Origin: an uncultured candidatus Brocadiaceae bacterium
GTDB lineage: Bacteria; Planctomycetota; Brocadiia; SM23-32
Assembly: GCA_964510315.1 (NCBI GenBank)
Contig: CAZEAP010000004.1
Coordinates: forward strand, 67,092-131,091
DNA: 64,000 nucleotides
Direction of reading: 5' to 3'
Shown: positions 19,025 to 28,880 of the stretch, in pieces
Position numbering within the stretch: the first letter of the stretch is position 1
Layout: each line of letters begins with the position of its first letter
Notes under the pieces: model-generated
Seen by the model: only the letters and a program-made list of their open reading frames with translations
The model's database searches: none
Told to the model about the DNA's origin: nothing
Position numbers and translations under genes: made by a program

Positions 19025-19056
19025 CCGGCGCACCTCCCGATAGGGGAACATACCTC

Positions 19057-20427
19057 TCAGAGGATGTAACGGGTCAGGTCCTCGTCCTCCACCAGATCGG
19101 CAAGTTTGGAATCCACGTAGTCCCTGTCGACCACGACGTGTTCGGGGGCGATGTCGGGGGCGTCGAAGCTGATGGTCTCCAGCAGCTTCTCCATCACCGT
19201 CTGGAGTCGCCGGGCCCCTATGCTCTGGGCGGTGCTGTTGATCTGCTCGGCGTAGTCGGCGACCCGCTCCAGGGCCTCCGGGGTGAACTCCAGCTCTATG
19301 CCCTCGGTCTGCAGCAGGGCGCGGTACTGCTTGGTCAGGGCGTTGCGGGGCTCCTTGAGGATGCGCACGAAGTCGCTCCGGGTCAGCTCATCCAGTTCCA
19401 CCCGGATGGGGAAGCGGCCCTGAAGCTCCGGGATGAGATCGCTCGGCTTACTCACGTTGAAGGCTCCGGCGGCCACGAACAGGATGTGGTCGGTGCGGAG
19501 CATACCGTGGCGGGTGGGGACGTTGCAGCCCTCCACGATGGGCAGCAGGTCCCTTTGCACGCCTTCCCGGCTGACGTCCGGCCCCTGGGCTTCTCCGTGG
19601 GAGCCGGCGATCTTGTCCAGCTCGTCCACGAAGATTATGCCCTGGTTTTCGGCTTTCCACAGGGCCTTCCGCGTCACCGAGCGGCGGTCCACCAGCTTCT
19701 CGCTCTCCTGGTGTATGAGCACTTCGTATGCCTCCTCGACGCTCATTCGACGGGTGTCGGTGCGGGCGGGCAGCATCTCTTCCAGGAAGCTCTGCATGTC
19801 CACCCCCATCTCGTCCCCGCCGAAGGCCACCCCCTGCATGACCATCGGCTTTTCGCTGACCTGTATCTCCACTTCGCGGTCGTCCAGCTTCCCCTGGTGC
19901 AGCATCTCGCGCAGCCGCCGGCGGGCCCTTCGGCGCTGCTCGGCCCTTTCGGGCTCCTGAGTTCCCGCGCCGGGTTCATAGAGGAGGTCCAGCAGGCGTT
20001 CCTCGGCGTGTTCTTCGGCCTGGGGCCGGACCTCTTTCATCATGGCGGAACGCACCATGTTGACCGAGAGGTCGACCAGTTCCCTGACCATGCTCTCGAC
20101 GTCTCTGCCGTGGTATCCGACCTCGGTGTAGTGGGAGGCCTCAACCTTGACGAAGGGGGCGTTGGCGAGGCCGGCCAGTCGGCGGGCTATCTCGGTTTTT
20201 CCCACCCCGGTGGGGCCGATCATGATGATGTTCTTCGGCAGGACCTCGCGGCGCATTTCCTCGGCGAGCTGCTGGCGGCGCCAGCGGTTCCGCAGGGCAA
20301 TGGCCACCGAGCGCTTCGCTTCGCCCTGTCCGATGATGTACTCGTCGAGCTGTTGGACGATGGCTCGCGGCGTCAGGCCCTCTACGGCAAGGTCTCGACC
20401 CGTATCTGGCGATTTGTGTAGACGCAT
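19057..20427 (-). CDS. hslU: ATP-dependent protease ATPase subunit HslU (start uncertain)
   Basis: LTPRAIV..LD.YIIGQ, GPTGVGKTE, VQRDLLPIVEG, QGRFPIRVEL, IGARRL. Confidence 0.97.
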   Translation of the reverse strand: MRLHKSPDTGRDLAVEGLTPRAIVQQLDEYIIGQGEAKRSVAIALRNRWRRQQLAEEMRREVLPKNIIMIGPTGVGKTEIARRLAGLANAPFVKVEASHYTEVGYHGRDVESMVRELVDLSVNMVRSAMMKEVRPQAEEHAEERLLDLLYEPGAGTQEPERAEQRRRARRRLREMLHQGKLDDREVEIQVSEKPMVMQGVAFGGDEMGVDMQSFLEEMLPARTDTRRMSVEEAYEVLIHQESEKLVDRRSVTRKALWKAENQGIIFVDELDKIAGSHGEAQGPDVSREGVQRDLLPIVEGCNVPTRHGMLRTDHILFVAAGAFNVSKPSDLIPELQGRFPIRVELDELTRSDFVRILKEPRNALTKQYRALLQTEGIELEFTPEALERVADYAEQINSTAQSIGARRLQTVMEKLLETISFDAPDIAPEHVVVDRDYVDSKLADLVEDEDLTRYIL

Positions 20428-20936
20428 ATGTCGGCTGCGATTTCGAGTGCTTTCCGGACCACGGCCTCCGGCTCCAGGTCGGTGTTGTTCAGCAGTGCCC
20501 TTGCGGCGGCCACGGCCATGGGGCCGCCCGAGCCGGTTCCGAGGACGCCGTCGTCCGGCTCCACCACCTCGCCGCTCCCGTTGATCAGCAGGCTGTGCTC
20601 GGCGTCAACGGCGGTCAGCAGGCTCTGCAGCGGCCGGAGCATCTTGTCGGTGCGCCACTCTTTGACCAACTCGTGGGCGCTGCGCAGCAGGTTCCCGCCG
20701 TAGCTCTCCAGCTTGCCGCTGAAGCGGTCCAGCAGTGTAAAAGCGTCGCCTGCCGCGCCGGCGAAGCCCACGATGACCCGGTCCTGATGGAGGCGGCGGA
20801 TCTTCACCGCCGACGCCTTCAGGACGGTGTCGTTGAGCGTAACCTGGCCGTCGCCTCCGAGGGCGACCGACCCGCCGCGACGGACCGAGAGGATGGTGGT
20901 GCTGCGCAGGCGCGGCTGACGGCGACCGGTCCCCAT
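20382..20936 (-). CDS. hslV: ATP-dependent protease peptidase subunit HslV
   Basis: STTILSVRR, GDGQVT, GFAG..GDA, GSGG..A.AAA, DICVYTN. Confidence 0.96.
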   Translation of the reverse strand: MGTGRRQPRLRSTTILSVRRGGSVALGGDGQVTLNDTVLKASAVKIRRLHQDRVIVGFAGAAGDAFTLLDRFSGKLESYGGNLLRSAHELVKEWRTDKMLRPLQSLLTAVDAEHSLLINGSGEVVEPDDGVLGTGSGGPMAVAAARALLNNTDLEPEAVVRKALEIAADICVYTNRQIRVETLP

Positions 20937-21008
20937 GACTTCCTCCCGCTGAGCCCTCGGGACCGACATTATCTTCGTTGCCCGCGCCATTTGCAAGCAG
21001 CCCGGCCC

Positions 21009-21542
21009 TCATCCCCCCAGGGACAGAAGCGCGTTGAGGCCCCCGACCCTGCGCTTGTTGACCCGTTCGGGCTGCGCCCTGCGCACGGTCCACCGGTCCC
21101 CGATCTTCTCCATTCGCACGATCCACTCGCTGGTGGCTCTCCTCGTCCCGTGCCGGGTGTGGTGCGTGGACTGCACCGAAACCCTCACGGAGGCGGTCAG
21201 TTCCTGGACGTCCCACTCGCGGGGCATCAGCCAGGCCCGCCGGACGGGGTCCTCTTTCAGGGCCCTCTTCAGCGCCTTGCGTAAACCGCTTCGGTCCATC
21301 GCTCCCGACCGGAAATGGGGCGAGACATGTTGCAGGACCGCATCCGCGTCCCCGGCCACCAGGCCGTCCCGGACTTCTCCCATTACGTTGGATATACGGC
21401 GCTGCGGGCCGGGGAGGATGAGGACCTTGGCCCCCCACAGGGTGATGGAGGCGGCGATGATCAGCAGGACCGAGAAGCCGGGGTGCGCCCGCGCCCAGTA
21501 GACCACCGCCTCCGCGCGAGATTTCAGGCCGTGCTTGCCCAC
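21009..21542 (-). CDS. Membrane-anchored hypothetical protein, possible NTF2/SnoaL-like domain
   Basis: N-terminal TM then helix-plus-strands pattern ending W.V..A. Confidence 0.6.
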   Translation of the reverse strand: MGKHGLKSRAEAVVYWARAHPGFSVLLIIAASITLWGAKVLILPGPQRRISNVMGEVRDGLVAGDADAVLQHVSPHFRSGAMDRSGLRKALKRALKEDPVRRAWLMPREWDVQELTASVRVSVQSTHHTRHGTRRATSEWIVRMEKIGDRWTVRRAQPERVNKRRVGGLNALLSLGG

Positions 21543-21575
21543 TCTGGCGTCTCCTCGGAGAAGGCATCGCTTCCG

Positions 21576-23888
21576 TCAGGGGGCCGCGTAGCAGGCCCTC
21601 AGGGCGGCGTTGACGATGTCCTCAACGTCGGGAAGGTACTCCTTCTCCAGCACTTCGGACTGGGGCGAGATGGCGTCTTCGGAGCCTATCCGCTCCACCG
21701 GCGCGTCCAGGTAGTCGAAGGCTTCCGACTGGATGCGGGAGGCCACCTCTGCGGTGAAGCTGCCGGTGCGGCAGGCCTGGCAGGCCACAACGCAGCTCCC
21801 CGTCTTGCGGACGGAGTTCAGCACGGTCTCGGTGTCCAGGGGGATCAGGCTCCGCAGGTCGATCAGTTCGGCCTCGATCCCGTGCTCGGAAGCCAGTGCC
21901 CGGCCGGCCTCCGTCATTACGTGGGCCATCCAGCTCCACGCAACGATGGTGACGTCCCCGCCCTCGCGGCGGACGGCGGCCTTTCCCAGCGGGACCAGGT
22001 AATCTTCGTCGGGCACCTCCTCCCGGTTGTTGTAGAGGGCCTGGGATTCCACGAACAGGACGGGGTTGTCGTCACGGATGGCGCTTTTCAGCAGGCCCTT
22101 GGCGTCGTAGGGGGTCGAGGGGCAAACGACGTACATGCCGGGCGTGTGGGTGGCGTGGGCCTCCAGGGCCTGGGAGTGCTGACCGCCGTAGCCCTTGCCC
22201 GCCCCCACCGAGCTGCGGATGACGACGGGCACGGTGGTCTGCCCGCCGCTCATGTAGTGCCATTTGGCCGCCTGATTGAACAACTGGTCGCCGGCCTGGA
22301 ACTCGAAGTCGCTGTACATCAACTCCGCCACCGGGCGGAGGTCGGTCATTGCGGCCCCCACGGCCGAGCCGATGATGGCGGCCTCGCTGATGGCCGTGTT
22401 GAAGACGCGCCGGCGGCCGAATGCCTCCAGCAGACCTTTGGTCACCTTGAAGGCCCCTCCGTAGTCGGCCACGTCCTCCCCGTAGAGCACCACCCGCTCG
22501 TCCCGCAGCATCTCCTCGATGAATGCCTCTCGCAGGGCTTCCTTGAAGGTGATGGTGCCGTCCTCACGTTCCGGCCACGGTGGCTCCTCCAGGGTGGAGG
22601 GTTCGGAGAACGGCTCCGGAACTTCCTCCACGAACGAATCGGTGAACACGTAGCGTGTCACCTCGGAGGCGTCGGGGTCGGCGGCCCGGGCGGCACGGAC
22701 GGCGGCCTGCTCGTGGCGCTCGTTGACGGTGGCCTGCAGTTCCTCCAGTTCATCCTCGTCGGCCACGCCGGCCTCGACGATCTGGCGCCGGAGGGTCGTG
22801 ACCGGGTCGCGCTCCCGCCAGGCCTTCTCCTCCTCCTTCTCCCGGTATTCGGTCCGCGGGTCACTGAGGCTGTGTCCCTGGTAGCGGTAGCAGATCAGCT
22901 CCCGCAGCACGGGGCCTTCGCCCCGGCGGATGATCTCCGCCGCGCGGGCGATGCTGTCGCGGACGGCCAGGACGTCCATCCCGTTGACCACCTCGGCGTG
23001 CATCGCGTTCTCCCGGTCGAAGGCGGCGGCGCGGCGGGCCAGGAAATCCACCCCGGTCACCTCCCCCCGCTGCTGGCCGGTCATGCCGTACTGGTTGTTG
23101 ACGATTACGTAGACGATGGGCAGCCCGAAGGGCCTGTCGGCCAGCTCGTTGCTGAACTGCGCCATGCAGCCGAAGTTCAGGCTTTCCAGCACCACGCCGT
23201 TGCTGTAGGCCCCGTCCCCGGCGAAGCACAGCACCAGGGACTCGCTTTCCCGGTACCGGCAGCTCAGGGCGGCGCCGGTGGCGATTCCGAGCGAGCCGCC
23301 GACGATGGCGTTGGCGCCGAGGTGTCCGCTGGAGAAGTCGGCGATGTGCATGCCGCCCCCACGCCCCCTGCAGTAGCCGTCTTCCTTGCCGAAAAGCTCC
23401 GCGACCGTCCGGTAGACGTGCTCGTCCCTGGCCAGCCGGCGCAGCTCTTCCCCGCTGGCCGCGGAGGCTTCTTCGGAGCCGACCCACCGCCGAAGCTCCT
23501 CTTCGCCGCGGCCTTTGATGGCGAGGTAGCCCTTGGCGATGGCGTCCCCGTGCCCCCTGTGGGTGCTGGTTATGTAGTCGGTCCACCGGCTGGCGCTGCA
23601 GGCACCGACGCTGGCGGCTTCCTGGCCGATGGACAGGTGGGTGGGCCCCCGGTATTGGAAGCCCATCTCCCGGAGCGGCCCGAAGGACTGCATGCGCAGG
23701 GCGAGGATCATCTCCTCGAACGCGCGGATGCTCATCATCCACTCCAGCAGGTCGAGGGCGTCGCCGGGGGAGAGGGTGCCGGCTTCCAGCTCGTCCTCCA
23801 GGGAGCCGTCGTATTGGAAGACGGGAATGTTGGGGAATGCGAGTTCGTCCGGCTCGAACTCCGGCATGACGGAGATTTCGCGAACCAC
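21576..23888 (-). CDS. Fused 2-oxoacid/acetoin dehydrogenase E1 alpha-beta (TPP-dependent)
   Basis: HLSIGQEA, THRGHG, GDGA...NNQY TPP motif, YRYQGHS, then beta motifs GEDV, NTAISE, GGQHSQ, IDLRSL; GTG start after GAGG. Confidence 0.92.
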   Translation of the reverse strand: MVREISVMPEFEPDELAFPNIPVFQYDGSLEDELEAGTLSPGDALDLLEWMMSIRAFEEMILALRMQSFGPLREMGFQYRGPTHLSIGQEAASVGACSASRWTDYITSTHRGHGDAIAKGYLAIKGRGEEELRRWVGSEEASAASGEELRRLARDEHVYRTVAELFGKEDGYCRGRGGGMHIADFSSGHLGANAIVGGSLGIATGAALSCRYRESESLVLCFAGDGAYSNGVVLESLNFGCMAQFSNELADRPFGLPIVYVIVNNQYGMTGQQRGEVTGVDFLARRAAAFDRENAMHAEVVNGMDVLAVRDSIARAAEIIRRGEGPVLRELICYRYQGHSLSDPRTEYREKEEEKAWRERDPVTTLRRQIVEAGVADEDELEELQATVNERHEQAAVRAARAADPDASEVTRYVFTDSFVEEVPEPFSEPSTLEEPPWPEREDGTITFKEALREAFIEEMLRDERVVLYGEDVADYGGAFKVTKGLLEAFGRRRVFNTAISEAAIIGSAVGAAMTDLRPVAELMYSDFEFQAGDQLFNQAAKWHYMSGGQTTVPVVIRSSVGAGKGYGGQHSQALEAHATHTPGMYVVCPSTPYDAKGLLKSAIRDDNPVLFVESQALYNNREEVPDEDYLVPLGKAAVRREGGDVTIVAWSWMAHVMTEAGRALASEHGIEAELIDLRSLIPLDTETVLNSVRKTGSCVVACQACRTGSFTAEVASRIQSEAFDYLDAPVERIGSEDAISPQSEVLEKEYLPDVEDIVNAALRACYAAP

Positions 23889-23935
23889 GGAAAGTCCTCT
23901 CTGTGCTGGATTTGCCTGGGGTCCCGGCATGCTCC

Positions 23936-24901
23936 TCATCGGCGGTTCCGCCCGTCGCGGAGCCGCCGTTCGAGGCGCCCGCCGAAACGATTCTTATAGC
24001 CGACCAGTCCCGAAGATGCAATGCGCCGCGCGACGCGCGGGGCCGCAAGGCGGCTGCCGGGGTAGGCGGCGGTGGAGGCCCGGGATGGGGGCCTGAACCG
24101 CAGGTCGGGCGGATAGCCTTTGCCCTCGTCCCGGGCGAGCGAGATCGCCTCCTCCGGGCATCCGGAGACGCAGACGCCGCATCCCATGCAGCTTTCCCAG
24201 TCGACGGCGGCCGTCCCGTCGACGCGGACGGCCTCGAACGGACAGGCATCCTCGCATGCGCCGCAGCCCACGCAGAGCGCCTGGTCCACCCCGGCGACGT
24301 AGCCCGAGGAAGCCATCATCCGGGAGCCGTAGCGGACCATCGCCTCGATCCCTCCGCAGCAGCACTTGCAGCAGTTACAGATGGCATAGAAGCGGTCCAT
24401 CATGGCATCCTTGAACCACGCGCTGTGAACGTGTCCGCGCTCATGCTCCTCCGCAAGGAGCCGGAGGGCCTCCGCCTGGGACAGGCGCCGGCTCTCCCGG
24501 GGGTGATGTTCCAGCAGGAAGTCCACGAACGGCCGTCCGACGACCATGCACACCTGCGTCGGCCGGCAGGGCTCGGGGCGGGCGTGCCGGCAGCAGCACT
24601 CGTACACGGCGATGTCCGGCGGCCCCTTCAGCACGAGCTTCCGAGCCGTGGAGTACGGGATGATCTGCTCCAGGTCCCGCAGGGGGATCTCCTTCTCCAG
24701 GGTGACGATCGCCCGGCTCTGCCCGTGGGTAAGCACCTTGCCGTGGTAGCGCTCGGCCAGCCAACTTCGCCCGCGCGAGCCGAGGCGTGGCATGATCCAG
24801 TTGACCAGAAGACGGAGGTACTGCTTCGTCCATCGCCCGTAGACGTAGCCGTGCAGGGGCTTGAGACTGAAGAACCCGCGCAGCCCGATCTTGCGCATCA
24901 T
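23936..24901 (-). CDS. 4Fe-4S dicluster (ferredoxin-type) protein
   Basis: C.CR, ICNCCKCCC, CxxCxxCxxxCP twice; start at ATG 24901 inferred; C-terminus may be extended. Confidence 0.85.
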   Translation of the reverse strand: MMRKIGLRGFFSLKPLHGYVYGRWTKQYLRLLVNWIMPRLGSRGRSWLAERYHGKVLTHGQSRAIVTLEKEIPLRDLEQIIPYSTARKLVLKGPPDIAVYECCCRHARPEPCRPTQVCMVVGRPFVDFLLEHHPRESRRLSQAEALRLLAEEHERGHVHSAWFKDAMMDRFYAICNCCKCCCGGIEAMVRYGSRMMASSGYVAGVDQALCVGCGACEDACPFEAVRVDGTAAVDWESCMGCGVCVSGCPEEAISLARDEGKGYPPDLRFRPPSRASTAAYPGSRLAAPRVARRIASSGLVGYKNRFGGRLERRLRDGRNRR

Positions 24902-25117
24902 CCGCCGGGTCGAGGGGAGCAGCAGCCGTCCACGCTCCGCATACAGCAACAGCCCCACCAGGGACGCCGCAGGACACAGTCTGACGCTCCACGCTGGAGG
25001 CAGGCGCTCTGAAGTGCGTTCGTGGGCCGGGAAAGCGGTGAGTGGGCGCACCCGACGGGCGTGACGCAACGCACGTTGGGACGCGCGCAAGGGAGCGAAT
25101 CAACCGAAGGCCGCGCC

Positions 25118-26356
25118 TCAGGCGCCTTTGCGCTTCTGCCGCCCCAGCAGGGGGCGATCGCCCTTGACGACCTCCGGGCTGACCATGTAGGTGTAGCCCT
25201 TGGGCCGGGAGGGCAGATCGAAGAGTGGCTCCAGCATGAGGTTCTCCATCACCGAGCGCAGCCCCCGGGCGCCGGTTCCCTTTTGCTGGGCGGCGCACGC
25301 TATCTCCTGCAGCGCCCCTTCGGAGAACTCCAGCTCCGCCCCTTCCATCTCGAAGTACTTCTCATACTGCCGCACCAGCGCGTTCTTCGGCTCCACCAGT
25401 ATGCGCACCAGCTCTTCCTCCCCGAGGGGATTGAGGGGGGCGATCACGGGCAGCCGGCCGACCAGCTCGGGTATGAGGCCGAACTTTATCAGGTCGTCGT
25501 CGGTGACCTTGTCCAGCAGCCGGCTGAGGTTGGCCTCGTCATCGCCGCCGCGTCTGCTGAAGCCGATGCTCTGCTCGTTGGAACGCTTCGCCACCAGTTC
25601 GTCGATGCCGTTGAAGGAACCGCCGCATATGAAGAGGACGCGGCTGGTGTCGATCTGGATGTATTCCTCTTCGGGATGCTTGCGCCCGCCGTGGGGCGGC
25701 ACGTTGGCGATGGTGCCTTCCAGCATCTTCAGCAGTCCCTGTTGGACGCCCTCTCCCCCGACGTCCCGGGTGATGCTGACGTTGTGGTAGGTCTTCCCGA
25801 TCTTGTCGATCTCATCCACGTAGATGATGCCCTGCTCGGCGCGTTCCAGCTCGAAGTCGGCGGCCTGGATCAGCTTCAGCAGGACGTTTTCGACATCTTC
25901 CCCCACGTAGCCGGCCTCGGTGAGTGTGGTGGCGTCGGCGATGGCGAAGGGGACGTCAAGCGTCCTGGCCAGCACGCGGGCTATCAGCGTTTTGCCGCAG
26001 CCGGAAGGGCCGATCAGCAGGACGTTGCTCTTCTCCAGCTCCACCTCGCTGGCGTCGCCGTGCAGAAGCCGCTTGTAGTGGTTGTGGACGGCGACGGAGA
26101 CGGTTTTCTTGGCCCGCTCCTGGCCGATGACGTACTCGTCCAGGTTGCGCTTTATCTCGGTGGGGGCGGGCACCCTGAAGACCTGTCCGCCTTCGGAGGG
26201 CTGGGAGCGCTTCTGCTTGATGATCGAGTAGCAAAGCTCGACGCAACTGTCGCAGATGAAGGTGTTGTGCCCGCCCTGGATGAGGCGGGAGACGGCTCCG
26301 TAGCTTTTCCCGCAGAACGAACAGGTCTCTTTGTAGTTTTCCCGATCCTTGCCCAT
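25118..26356 (-). CDS. clpX: ATP-dependent Clp protease ATP-binding subunit
   Basis: CSFC zinc finger, GPSGCGKT, SITRDVGGEGVQQ, GARGLR. Confidence 0.98.
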   Translation of the reverse strand: MGKDRENYKETCSFCGKSYGAVSRLIQGGHNTFICDSCVELCYSIIKQKRSQPSEGGQVFRVPAPTEIKRNLDEYVIGQERAKKTVSVAVHNHYKRLLHGDASEVELEKSNVLLIGPSGCGKTLIARVLARTLDVPFAIADATTLTEAGYVGEDVENVLLKLIQAADFELERAEQGIIYVDEIDKIGKTYHNVSITRDVGGEGVQQGLLKMLEGTIANVPPHGGRKHPEEEYIQIDTSRVLFICGGSFNGIDELVAKRSNEQSIGFSRRGGDDEANLSRLLDKVTDDDLIKFGLIPELVGRLPVIAPLNPLGEEELVRILVEPKNALVRQYEKYFEMEGAELEFSEGALQEIACAAQQKGTGARGLRSVMENLMLEPLFDLPSRPKGYTYMVSPEVVKGDRPLLGRQKRKGA

Positions 26357-26400
26357 TTGGCTCCGTCCCTATTGGGGGCGGTCGGCCGAGGGCCGCGTCC

Positions 26401-27054
26401 TCACTTCTCACGCGGCGAGGCCAGCACCTCATCCACCAGGCCGTAGGCCAGGGCCTCTTCGGCCGACATGTAGAACTCCCGGTCCGCGTCCTCCTGGATC
26501 TTCTCCAGCGGCTGCTCGGTGTGGTCGGCGAGTATCTGGTTGATCCATTCCTTCAGCTTGACCATCTCTTCGGCATGGATGCTGATGTCGGCGGCGGTGC
26601 CCTCCATGTCGCCCCACGGCTGGTGGAGCATCACCCGGGCGTGGGGCAGGGCGAACCGCTTGCCGGGCGCGCCACCGGCCAGCAGAACGGCCGCCATGCT
26701 GAAGGCGTGGCCCACCACGTAGGTGGCCACGTCGCACTGCACAAGCTGCATGGTGTCGTAGATGGCCAGTCCGCTGGTGATCAGCCCGCCGTTGCAGTGG
26801 ATGTAGAGGTCGATGTCCTGTTTCTTGTTCTCACTCTGGAGATAGAGCACCTGGGCCACCGTCAGGTTGGCCACCGTGTCGTTCAGGACGCTGCCGATAA
26901 ACACGATGCGGTCTTCCAGCAGGCGACTGAAGATGTCGTAGCCCCTCTCCCCCTGGGTGGTCTTTTTCACCACGGTGGGGACGATGGTGCTGTCATAGCG
27001 CTGAGCGGCCTGAGCGGCCTTTCGCAGGATTTCAGATTCCGGAACGTTTTGCAT
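26401..27054 (-). CDS. clpP: Clp protease proteolytic subunit
   Basis: DIFSRLLEDR, AFSMAA (Ser), MLHQP (His), DREFYM (Asp). Confidence 0.97.
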   Translation of the reverse strand: MQNVPESEILRKAAQAAQRYDSTIVPTVVKKTTQGERGYDIFSRLLEDRIVFIGSVLNDTVANLTVAQVLYLQSENKKQDIDLYIHCNGGLITSGLAIYDTMQLVQCDVATYVVGHAFSMAAVLLAGGAPGKRFALPHARVMLHQPWGDMEGTAADISIHAEEMVKLKEWINQILADHTEQPLEKIQEDADREFYMSAEEALAYGLVDEVLASPREK

Positions 27055-27101
27055 TCTGTTACTCCCTGCCGAGTTCCCCGTCTGGGGGCGCCCGGACGCT
27101 G

Positions 27102-28490
27102 TCAATCGGCGGGAACTTCACCGCCGTATTTTTCGGAGAATTCCTCGGTGGACACTTCACGTACTGTAGCATTGTCGAGGAGGAAATCCAAGACCTTGCT
27201 CTCCCGCATGTCGTGTCGCAACTGCCTGACGAACCCTTCTTCTTCCAGGTAGCTGCGGGCCTTCTCCGGCCGCCAGCCCTGGCGGGAGGCGAAGGCGCGG
27301 ATCTGGCTGTCCACCTCGGATTCGGTGACCAGAATGCGCTCCTGCTCGGCGATCTCCCGCAGCAGGAGGGATATCTTCAGCTCCTCCTCGACGGCTTCTC
27401 GGGTGCGGTCGGCGTTTTCGGCGGCCTGACGTTCGGCCTCCTCCCGGGGGATACCCTGGCGAAGCATTCTGACGAGTTGGCGTGCCTGCTGGTCCCTGCT
27501 GGCTCTCTCTGCCAGGGCGGGGGGCACCTGCAGGTCCAGTCTCTCCAGAAGTGCGCGCTTCAGCATCTCCTCGGTTATCTCTTCGGTTCTTTCCTCCACC
27601 GCTTGCTGCAGTCTTTCTTTGACCATGGAGATGATTTCGTCGGCGCTGTCCATGCCGATCTTTTCGGCCAGCTCCTCGTCGACCTCCGGCACCTCGCGGC
27701 GCATCACGGACTCGATGGTCAGGTGGAGGTCGGTGCTTCGGCCGGGCTCTATATCCAGGTCCGGCCACTCGCTCAGCCGGTCCTCCTCCGCCTTCCCGGT
27801 CAACTCGATTTCGTCGCCGGCCTCCGCGCCGATGAGGGCCCCTTTGACGCCTTCCACGGCGAAGGGCCCCACCTGCTCCTGCCGCGGTCGGAAGCCCACC
27901 GAATCGCTCCAGTCGGCCTCCGGCACGCCGACGGTGGCCTCCACGTAATCGTCCCAGTCGATGCCCGCCCCGCTGGCCTCCTCCCAGGTGGCGAAGCGCC
28001 CGGCGAACTGTTCCAGTTGGGACTGCAGCATCTCTTCGGTGACCTCCAGGGCGGGCACTTCCACTTCGAGGTCCTTATACTGGTCCTCGTGGATTTCGAC
28101 CTCCGGCATCACCTCGCAGCGGAATTCGAACTCGGCCGGTTCGCCCGGCTGCCAGTCCACCTCCTCCAGGTCGGGGGCCTCCGTTTCGGAGACGACGTTG
28201 AGGTCGTTCCCTTCCACCGCCTCGGCGTAGCCCTCGCTCACCATCGTGGCGATCACGTCGCTGCGCACCCGTGCTCCGAGGCGCTTCTCCACCAGCCCGA
28301 TCGGTGCCTTGCCCTGGCGGAAACCGGGCAGGGCGACCGTCTCCTGGACGGAGCTGAGTTCCTCCTGATAGCGTTCCTGAAGGTAATCGGCATCGGCCTC
28401 GATGCGTATGGTGCACTCACAGGGGCTGGTCCTCTCGACACTGACCTCGGGCCCCTGTTCCTGCGCAGTATCTTCCGTTCCTTCTGACAT
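27102..28490 (-). CDS. tig: Trigger factor
   Basis: PGFRQGKAP ribosome-binding loop; tig-clpP-clpX order. Confidence 0.93.
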   Translation of the reverse strand: MSEGTEDTAQEQGPEVSVERTSPCECTIRIEADADYLQERYQEELSSVQETVALPGFRQGKAPIGLVEKRLGARVRSDVIATMVSEGYAEAVEGNDLNVVSETEAPDLEEVDWQPGEPAEFEFRCEVMPEVEIHEDQYKDLEVEVPALEVTEEMLQSQLEQFAGRFATWEEASGAGIDWDDYVEATVGVPEADWSDSVGFRPRQEQVGPFAVEGVKGALIGAEAGDEIELTGKAEEDRLSEWPDLDIEPGRSTDLHLTIESVMRREVPEVDEELAEKIGMDSADEIISMVKERLQQAVEERTEEITEEMLKRALLERLDLQVPPALAERASRDQQARQLVRMLRQGIPREEAERQAAENADRTREAVEEELKISLLLREIAEQERILVTESEVDSQIRAFASRQGWRPEKARSYLEEEGFVRQLRHDMRESKVLDFLLDNATVREVSTEEFSEKYGGEVPAD

Positions 28491-28608
28491 CTGGGCGGCC
28501 CGGCAAAGGATGTGACGGGAGACGTATAGACAAAAACGAGGGACTTTACGTCCCTCTATGAATCAGGGTACCCGATGCCGGCCTTTCAAGTCAAGTACGT
28601 CCGTCGCC

Positions 28609-28880
28609 GGGTCCTGTCAAGAGTTCGGTCTAAAAAGGCGCGGGTGCTGCCGCCGGGGACCAGGCCGCAGCACCGGCGTTGTAGCTTTCGCCAGAGCAGG
28701 TAGACACATCGGTCCAGGCTGCGGGCGCTGGGCTTGCCATATGGCAGCACCTCTGGCGGGGAAGATGCCCACCTGGCTTATCTTGCGGTTCAACTCCCGG
28801 ATAAACCTCTCTATCGGATTTGTTGCCTTAACTCGTCGCCGGTCCTCGGCCCGCGCATTCAGGTAGGTGAGGCTGTCCTA
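28609..28880 (-). mobile_element. IS256-family remnant (transposase C-terminus plus one terminal inverted repeat)
   Basis: Minus strand reads SLTYL...RRVKATNPIERFIRELNRKISQVGIFP, then after a frameshift SLDRCVYLLW; GGGTCCTGTCAAGAGTTCGGTCTAAA at 28609 resembles IS256 ends. Confidence 0.72.

Noticed and set aside
21315-23999. Very long antisense ORFs (894 aa here; also 15795-18104, 34033-36024, 43463-45346, 61066-62994)
   Set aside because: They mirror well-supported genes on the other strand and lack motifs; such shadows are expected at high GC
28538-28556. Hairpin GAGGGAC-TTTAC-GTCCCTC upstream of tig
   Set aside because: A real 7-bp stem, but too short to assign as a riboswitch, operator or terminator
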